NCBI GenBank assembly: GCA_965240465.1
Contig: OZ251219.1
Location: 1,440,001 to 1,504,000 of the forward strand
Reading direction: 5' to 3'
DNA: 64,000 bases
Source of the DNA: a bacterium
GTDB taxonomy: Bacteria; SAR324; JACQKK01
Shown here piece by piece: positions 58,802-64,000 of this stretch. A program made the translations under genes and the position numbers. How positions within the stretch are numbered: position 1 is the stretch's first letter; each line of letters begins with the position of its first letter. The notes beneath the pieces are model-generated. The model was not told the DNA's origin, ran no database searches, and was given only the letters and a program-made list of their open reading frames with translations.

Positions 58802-60077
58802 GTTCGCTTTCAGAGTGAGGGTTTCCTAAAATAAATTCTCTTCTGGTTTCATTTATTCCCCAGCAGCAGAGAGCCAAAGCCATGACGCAATCGTCATGCT
58901 GACCTTGAGGTGCACTGGTGCGGATGAAACCCGAAGGTAGGCGATAATGTTCATAAGCAGCTAATTCGTTCATGGTTTCTCGGTGATAAGCCAAGCTCAG
59001 CATTCCTTGCTCCATACAAAGAGCCAAGAGTTCCACCAATTGCTGCTTGCGAGAGTGAGTGAATACCACTGGATAAGCTTCTGCTCCCATACGGTTCATT
59101 TCTTCACAGATGGGGTCACCACTGCCGCTGGCATCCACATAGAGCGGTGCATAGTTAAAACGACGAGATAATGCCAGCAATCTTTCTAATTGACCCCGCC
59201 ATGGAATTCGATGAAAACGCTCACAGTACACGGTACTACGAGTATCAACACAACCTACCCATGCAACGGTGAAATCACCCCAACGGGCTAGATCTACTCC
59301 CAGTATGTAGGAGTGTCCAACTTTAGGAGCAGCATCCATTTTTACAAGTTGTATATCGTTAAGAGATTGGAAAACCTTCTGATTTTCATTAGCAAATTCA
59401 GCCATAATCTCTTGTTGATAGACTGCCCTAGGCATCTGTTTCTGTAGACCTTCTAGCTCTTTTTTGCTGAGTAATGGATTGATATGAGAAGGATGCCTAA
59501 AACTTGCCCAGTCTTGCTGCTGAGTATCTTGTCCCCAATCAAACATACGCCTGAAAAGACCATCTCCTTTGGGAGCCCCAATGCAAAAAAATCGGGCATG
59601 AGGACTTTCTATAAGCATAGGTAGCAAGGTGTGGTAATAAATGGATTCATCACGCAAAACCAGTCCTGCTTCATTTATCCAGATGTAGTCATAAGCAAAC
59701 CCTTCCAACATTTCAGGGCGTTCTGCCGAACCGAAATCACACCATGAACCGCTTTCAAAATTTAGGACATGGTCGCTTGCATCCCATTTCCACTCTGAAC
59801 CCTTAAGGCAGGGACTAAAATAACGAGCTATCAACTTGTGGATATTTCTATAACTAGTATCTATCCACAAATGACAACTCCGAGGATGTAAGTGTGCCAA
59901 TTCTACCAGTCTTGTTATCGCACCATGAGTACCACCCGCCCGACGCCCTTTTACATAGACTATGTTTCTTGTCGGACAATCAAACACCTCAAGTTGATGA
60001 GGCAAATAAGACAATGTTATGGCTTTTTCTTTTGTGTAATCAGCGTGACAGGGGAGCATTTTAATATGTCTCTTCAA
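58782..60077 (-). CDS. Large terminase subunit
   Basis: PHQ, KGRRAGGT (deviant Walker A), IWINEAG, nuclease motifs GVDLARWGDFT and HDDCVMALAL. Confidence 0.92.
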   Translation of the reverse strand: MKRHIKMLPCHADYTKEKAITLSYLPHQLEVFDCPTRNIVYVKGRRAGGTHGAITRLVELAHLHPRSCHLWIDTSYRNIHKLIARYFSPCLKGSEWKWDASDHVLNFESGSWCDFGSAERPEMLEGFAYDYIWINEAGLVLRDESIYYHTLLPMLIESPHARFFCIGAPKGDGLFRRMFDWGQDTQQQDWASFRHPSHINPLLSKKELEGLQKQMPRAVYQQEIMAEFANENQKVFQSLNDIQLVKMDAAPKVGHSYILGVDLARWGDFTVAWVGCVDTRSTVYCERFHRIPWRGQLERLLALSRRFNYAPLYVDASGSGDPICEEMNRMGAEAYPVVFTHSRKQQLVELLALCMEQGMLSLAYHRETMNELAAYEHYRLPSGFIRTSAPQGQHDDCVMALALCCWGINETRREFILGNPHSESEHAYQSL

Positions 60078-60244
60078 TGAATATTCTTAGTTCATCAGCT
60101 CAGTGATAAACACTCCGTAATAATACGAAGGTCATAAAAAGCCCCATTAGTATGCTCAGGCATACAAAGCTTGTCGCTAAATGCAATAATCTACTGAGAG
60201 CTACTCAGTAAGATGTTTTTATTAGTGTGTGTTGGATTATCTTT

Positions 60245-60273
60245 ATGCTAAGGCATTAGAAATACTTTTTCAA
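60245..60273 (-). promoter_or_regulatory. Candidate sigma70 promoter driving the phage-like operon
   Basis: Minus strand TTGAAA-N17-TAGCAT with AT-rich upstream sequence, about 170 bp before terL. Confidence 0.55.
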
Positions 60274-60405
60274 GTAAAAAATGTAATTCTACGAAAAAAT
60301 AATTGGGGAATACCAAAAAGACAAAGCCATCCTCCCTTAACCTTGAAAAGGTAGCTTATGTGTTCTGCTTTCATCAGAGGATGAAGGTAAATTGATTACG
60401 GCAGA

Positions 60406-60741
60406 TTAGCCGGTAATTCTTTCTAGTAAGGGAGATATATTTCCCTGCAAGATAAAGGCGATAACCAGTCCGTAAATAACCAGAGATTCAATCAATGCCA
60501 AACCAATGATCATAGGAGTAAAGATGCGACCAGAAGCATTTGGATTGCGTGCAATACCTTCTAGGGCTGCCGAAACAGCCTTGCCTTGTCCCAACGCACC
60601 ACCCAAAGCAGCGATACCTATTGCTAATCCTGATGCCAAGGAAAGTCCTAATACAGAAATCTCGCCGTCTGCAACCGCATAAACTGGAGAAGCTCCCATT
60701 ACGAATAAGGTAGAAAACAGAGTAAGTGATTTTTTATTCAT
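60406..60741 (-). CDS. atpE: ATP synthase F0 subunit c, with N-terminal leader
   Basis: [18 protein letters not shown]. Confidence 0.96.
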   Translation of the reverse strand: MNKKSLTLFSTLFVMGASPVYAVADGEISVLGLSLASGLAIGIAALGGALGQGKAVSAALEGIARNPNASGRIFTPMIIGLALIESLVIYGLVIAFILQGNISPLLERITG

Positions 60742-60833
60742 TGCGTCTCTCTAAAAATAAGCCTCTCTAAAAAACAGAATTCGCTCCCTGCTGAGGAGTC
60801 TACAAAATAAACTGATAATAACCAATAAAAAAT

Positions 60834-61544
60834 TTAATGCGGAGCATCTTGTGCATCCTGAATGTATACCGCAGCAAGCAGTACAAATACTACCGCCTGT
60901 AGTACAGATACCAGTACTCCCAAAGCCATGAAGGGTACTGGTAATCCTACTGCCAATAAGGAACTAAAAACAGTCAACACTTGGTGGTCGCCAGTCATGT
61001 TTCCAAACAAACGCATTGAAAGCGACAGAGGCCTTACTAAGTGACTGATGATTTCAATGGGTATCATCAAAGGTGCCAACAATAGCAATGGCCCCATGAA
61101 TTTTTTGCCGTAGCCCCATCCGTGTGTTTTAAGTCCTATTGTGTGTGCAGTAAAAAATATCATTAGTGCTAAGGGAAGGGTGACATTGTACTGGTCTGTA
61201 GGAGCCGCGAAGCCCGGCACCAATCCCAACAGATTGTTGCATAGAATAAACAACATGAATCCTGCCAGTAAAGGAAATACCGAGCGTACTCCTTGATGAA
61301 TAATACCCTGAAAAAAACCAGACATCCTAACCACGATGAATTCTCCTAAGAAAGCAAAATTCACCTTTCCTTGAGGAGCAGTCACCTCTTGCTTACGAAA
61401 ACTTCTACCTACCAAGAAAGCAAAAACCACTAGCACAACCGAAGCTACCAGAGCATCCACTGCTGGATGAGGATCTATGCCATAACGTGCTAGCAAGTGT
61501 TCTAGTGGTTCAAAGAGAAAATTACGCCAAGAAATTTCGTGCAT
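60834..61544 (-). CDS. atpB: ATP synthase F0 subunit a
   Basis: NLLGLVP, RPLSLSMRLFGNM, LQAVVF. Confidence 0.96.
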   Translation of the reverse strand: MHEISWRNFLFEPLEHLLARYGIDPHPAVDALVASVVLVVFAFLVGRSFRKQEVTAPQGKVNFAFLGEFIVVRMSGFFQGIIHQGVRSVFPLLAGFMLFILCNNLLGLVPGFAAPTDQYNVTLPLALMIFFTAHTIGLKTHGWGYGKKFMGPLLLLAPLMIPIEIISHLVRPLSLSMRLFGNMTGDHQVLTVFSSLLAVGLPVPFMALGVLVSVLQAVVFVLLAAVYIQDAQDAPH

Positions 61545-61597
61545 TTTGTATAAGCTTAGATGATTAAATTCATACTTTATGAGTTCATAGCCAGCAT

Positions 61598-61972
61598 CTA
61601 CGTATTTTGGATGGTTTTAGCTGCTAAGGTGAGGCAGGCAGGCAGTATGGTAGAAATTCCAATCAATAGACCTAACGGGGATATCTGAAGCACGCGGAGG
61701 CAACCCGCAATGAATATGATGTTGAATCCCAATTTTAATGGATATACCCACCATGGAAAACGCCTAGACCTTTTAAGTAGCGAACGTACTAATTTTTCTG
61801 TCCATACCAAATTGGTAGTTACCAGTCCCACACCTAGCAGAACGGCTAGTACAAAGTCAAACTGACCTCGTATCAAGGGTAGTCCTATGAATAGTACGCC
61901 CCAGCCGATGGTAATCATCAACAAAGGGGAACGGCTGGGAAGGGTAGATTTTCTAACGTTCATCAAGATCAT
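61598..61972 (-). CDS. atpI: ATP synthase protein I-like membrane protein
   Basis: Hydrophobic 124 aa protein directly upstream of atpB. Confidence 0.65.
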   Translation of the reverse strand: MILMNVRKSTLPSRSPLLMITIGWGVLFIGLPLIRGQFDFVLAVLLGVGLVTTNLVWTEKLVRSLLKRSRRFPWWVYPLKLGFNIIFIAGCLRVLQISPLGLLIGISTILPACLTLAAKTIQNT

Positions 61973-62216
61973 TTGTCTGCTGTACCTTTTTCAAGGTACG
62001 CCAAGCTGAATACATAGCTATTGCCATCCCCAATGCTATTCCGGTTAATAATAACCAGGGAGCAGTATCCCAACGATTATCAAGCTTATTTCCTAACCAT
62101 AGACCTCCCAATACCGCAATCCCCATTTCTAGACCAAGGTTGCTAAGTCGCAACAATTGCAAATATTTCCGGCGGTTTGGTGGTAAAGGATTACTTGTGG
62201 ACACAAACATTCGCAA
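61953..62216 (-). CDS. AtpZ / ATPase gene 1 family protein
   Basis: GLWLGNKLDNRWDTAPW motif and two TMs, at the head of the atp operon. Confidence 0.8.
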   Translation of the reverse strand: MRMFVSTSNPLPPNRRKYLQLLRLSNLGLEMGIAVLGGLWLGNKLDNRWDTAPWLLLTGIALGMAIAMYSAWRTLKKVQQTNDLDER

Positions 62217-62278
62217 TCAAAAAACCTGATCAGTAGATCATTTATACCCTACATATTCAATCAAATCAAGGTATTAAC

Positions 62279-63562
62279 TCAGGAAACCATTTCTGTGATG
62301 GTTTCAGTAATTGCCTCCAGAGTGAGTTCCAAGTCTTTATCGGTGTGTGCAGTAGATACAAATAACGCCTCGTATGGTGATGGTGGCAGATAAACACCGT
62401 GCCTTAGCATTCCTTGGAAGAAACGAACATAGAGTTTGGTGTCATAGTTGAGGACATCTTGATAAGATTTTATTGGATGTGCATGGAAAAAGAAGCCGAA
62501 CATGCCTCCAAAATGGGCTGTCTGAATAGGGATGCTTGCTTTTTCACAGGCAGAACGAAGACCATTGAGAAATACTTCACTAATACGACTTAGACGGGAA
62601 TAGGCATCTGCTCCAGACAGGCTTTCTAAAGCAGCGATTCCAGCGGCCATTGCTAAGGGGTTTCCAGACATCGTACCTGCTTGATAAACAGGACCTTCAG
62701 GTGCCAGCATTAACATGATATCTCGGCGACCACCATAAGCACCTACTGGTAGTCCGCCGCCAATTACCTTACCAAAAGTTGCCAAATCAGGACGAACTCC
62801 AAAGTATTCTTGGGCTCCACCTTTGGCAACTCGGAAGCCGCTCATTGTTTCATCAAACAGCAACAAGCAGCCGTGCTTATCGCATAATGACCGCAGTCCC
62901 CTGAGGAAATCTATCTGCGGTGGCACCAAACCCATATTTCCAGGGATAGGCTCTAGTATTACCGCAGCTACCTTGTATGCTTCTAATAAACGCTGAATAG
63001 ATTCTAAGTCATTAAACTCAGCTAAGAGTGTATCATTTGCAGTAGATACAGGTACCCCGACAGAATCTGGTACTCCTAATGTGGCAGAACCAGCTTTTAC
63101 CAGCGTGGCATCCAAACTACCGTGATAACAGCCTGCTAATTTGATAATTTTCTCTCGGGAGGTGAACCCACGTGCCAGTCTTAATGCTCCTTGTACCGCT
63201 TCATTGCCAGAGTTAACGAAACGCACCAATTCCAATGGCGAGTACCAATTTCTCAGCTGCTCCGCCAAGATTGTTTCTAGCTCGGTAGGAGTGGTAGTCC
63301 CCTTGCTAGCAGTATCATTGATTGCTTGCAAAACTTGTGGATGTGCATGTCCAGCAATAATTGCTCCCCAAGAGCAGACATAGTCCACATAACGGTTGCC
63401 ATCCACATCTTCTAGCTGGCTACCCTCACCACGAGAGATAAACAATGGCGAAGACAATCCCACCCCCTTAAATGCTCGGACAGGGCTATTTACTCCGCCC
63501 ACTAGCACCTTATTTGCACGAGAAAAGCACGCATTGGAAACTTCTGCCTTCAGATGATTCAT
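62279..63562 (-). CDS. hemL: Glutamate-1-semialdehyde 2,1-aminomutase (divergent)
   Basis: GGVNSPVRAF, DYVCSWG, TFGKVIGGGLP (PLP Lys), YQAGTMSGNP. Short deletions in conserved loops. Confidence 0.88.
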   Translation of the reverse strand: MNHLKAEVSNACFSRANKVLVGGVNSPVRAFKGVGLSSPLFISRGEGSQLEDVDGNRYVDYVCSWGAIIAGHAHPQVLQAINDTASKGTTTPTELETILAEQLRNWYSPLELVRFVNSGNEAVQGALRLARGFTSREKIIKLAGCYHGSLDATLVKAGSATLGVPDSVGVPVSTANDTLLAEFNDLESIQRLLEAYKVAAVILEPIPGNMGLVPPQIDFLRGLRSLCDKHGCLLLFDETMSGFRVAKGGAQEYFGVRPDLATFGKVIGGGLPVGAYGGRRDIMLMLAPEGPVYQAGTMSGNPLAMAAGIAALESLSGADAYSRLSRISEVFLNGLRSACEKASIPIQTAHFGGMFGFFFHAHPIKSYQDVLNYDTKLYVRFFQGMLRHGVYLPPSPYEALFVSTAHTDKDLELTLEAITETITEMVS

Positions 63563-63648
63563 AAGCGAATTTTTTTATATTATAAAATCAGTATATGGTA
63601 ACTTAGGATAAATACAACTAAATGAATTATTGAAGATGAATTATGTTC

Positions 63649-63999
63649 TCAAAAACTATAGATCAAGCGAAATATAAGCTGGCTAAAATCATCAGGATCA
63701 CTAACAGGCTTAGTATAATCATTCAAACGAAATGCTTCTTTAGCAAAAAGATGATTAGCTTCTATAACAGAATATGTTTGATGACGTAATGCTGTTTTCC
63801 ACTTAATGTTTATTTCTGTTCCAATATTGCTTACTAGTTCATCATCTTCATTAAGAATGGGGTTATTATATTTCAAATCGTGGACACTCATAGAGAAAAG
63901 AAAACCCTTTTTATCAGGATTTAACCAACTATATTTTAGGCTGTTCATTTGAATGTTATTGACAGAATGCCCTAATCCTCCGCCATCATAAAAACTTGG
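63649..63999 (-). CDS. C-terminal part of an outer-membrane beta-barrel protein, 5' outside the window
   Basis: The frame is open to the window end. IGTEINIKW pattern and C-terminal FRLIYSF beta-signal. Confidence 0.55.
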   Translation of the reverse strand, partial: PSFYDGGGLGHSVNNIQMNSLKYSWLNPDKKGFLFSMSVHDLKYNNPILNEDDELVSNIGTEINIKWKTALRHQTYSVIEANHLFAKEAFRLNDYTKPVSDPDDFSQLIFRLIYSF

Positions 64000-64000
64000 T

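Larger units (their letters stand above)
47817..60077 (-). mobile_element. Phage-derived head-tail structural operon: candidate gene transfer agent or cryptic prophage
   Basis: 14 co-oriented ORFs in canonical virion order. No integrase, replication or lysis genes. Flanked directly by tRNA-Asn and atpE. Confidence 0.85.

Noticed and set aside
47817-60077. Tailocin or contractile injection system
   Set aside because: Head and packaging genes are present, and there are no sheath or contractile baseplate genes.
47784-60376. 11 bp inverted match TGATGAAAGCA (47784) / TGCTTTCATCA (60366) flanking the cluster
   Set aside because: Short enough to arise by chance. The right copy is part of the hairpin after atpE, and no target duplication was seen.
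499-63383. Many 60-150 aa ORFs antisense to or overlapping identified genes
   Set aside because: Shadow ORFs of well-supported genes with no recognisable motifs.
1-64000. CRISPR array, rRNA, IS elements, reverse transcriptase/DGR or defence systems
   Set aside because: No regularly spaced repeats, rRNA signatures, or transposase, RT or Cas motifs were seen by eye.

Overview
Bacterial chromosomal window of roughly 40-45% GC by eye. The gene set and the split nuo and atp operons look deltaproteobacterial; SAR324-like is a tentative inference. It is mostly housekeeping: fabI, putA, aroQ, lon, nuoABCD, glyQS, hrcA, nagZ, dps, pyrF, pdxST, dtd, folD, maeB, rlmN, purF, ssrA-smpB-purN, cdsA-dxr-rseP-tlyA, tRNA-Asn, atpZIBE and hemL. 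The main accessory feature is a compact, apparently intact 12.3 kb minus-strand phage structural operon (47817-60077). It encodes a large terminase, Mu-like portal, protease/scaffold, capsid, connectors, tail tube, frameshifting chaperone, short tape measure and tail tip. It has no integrase, replication, repressor, small terminase, lysis genes or att sites, which makes it a candidate new gene transfer agent (GTA) or domesticated phage particle. Other notable items are a single-chain AccA-AccD-AccC-AccB carboxylase, a candidate sRNA with an anti-Shine-Dalgarno loop, a solitary Cre-like recombinase with an upstream dif/lox-like palindrome, a hemL with deletions in conserved motifs, and a saw-tooth G/T versus C/A strand skew with a period of a few kb. 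All calls come from visual motif recognition; no database searches were run.
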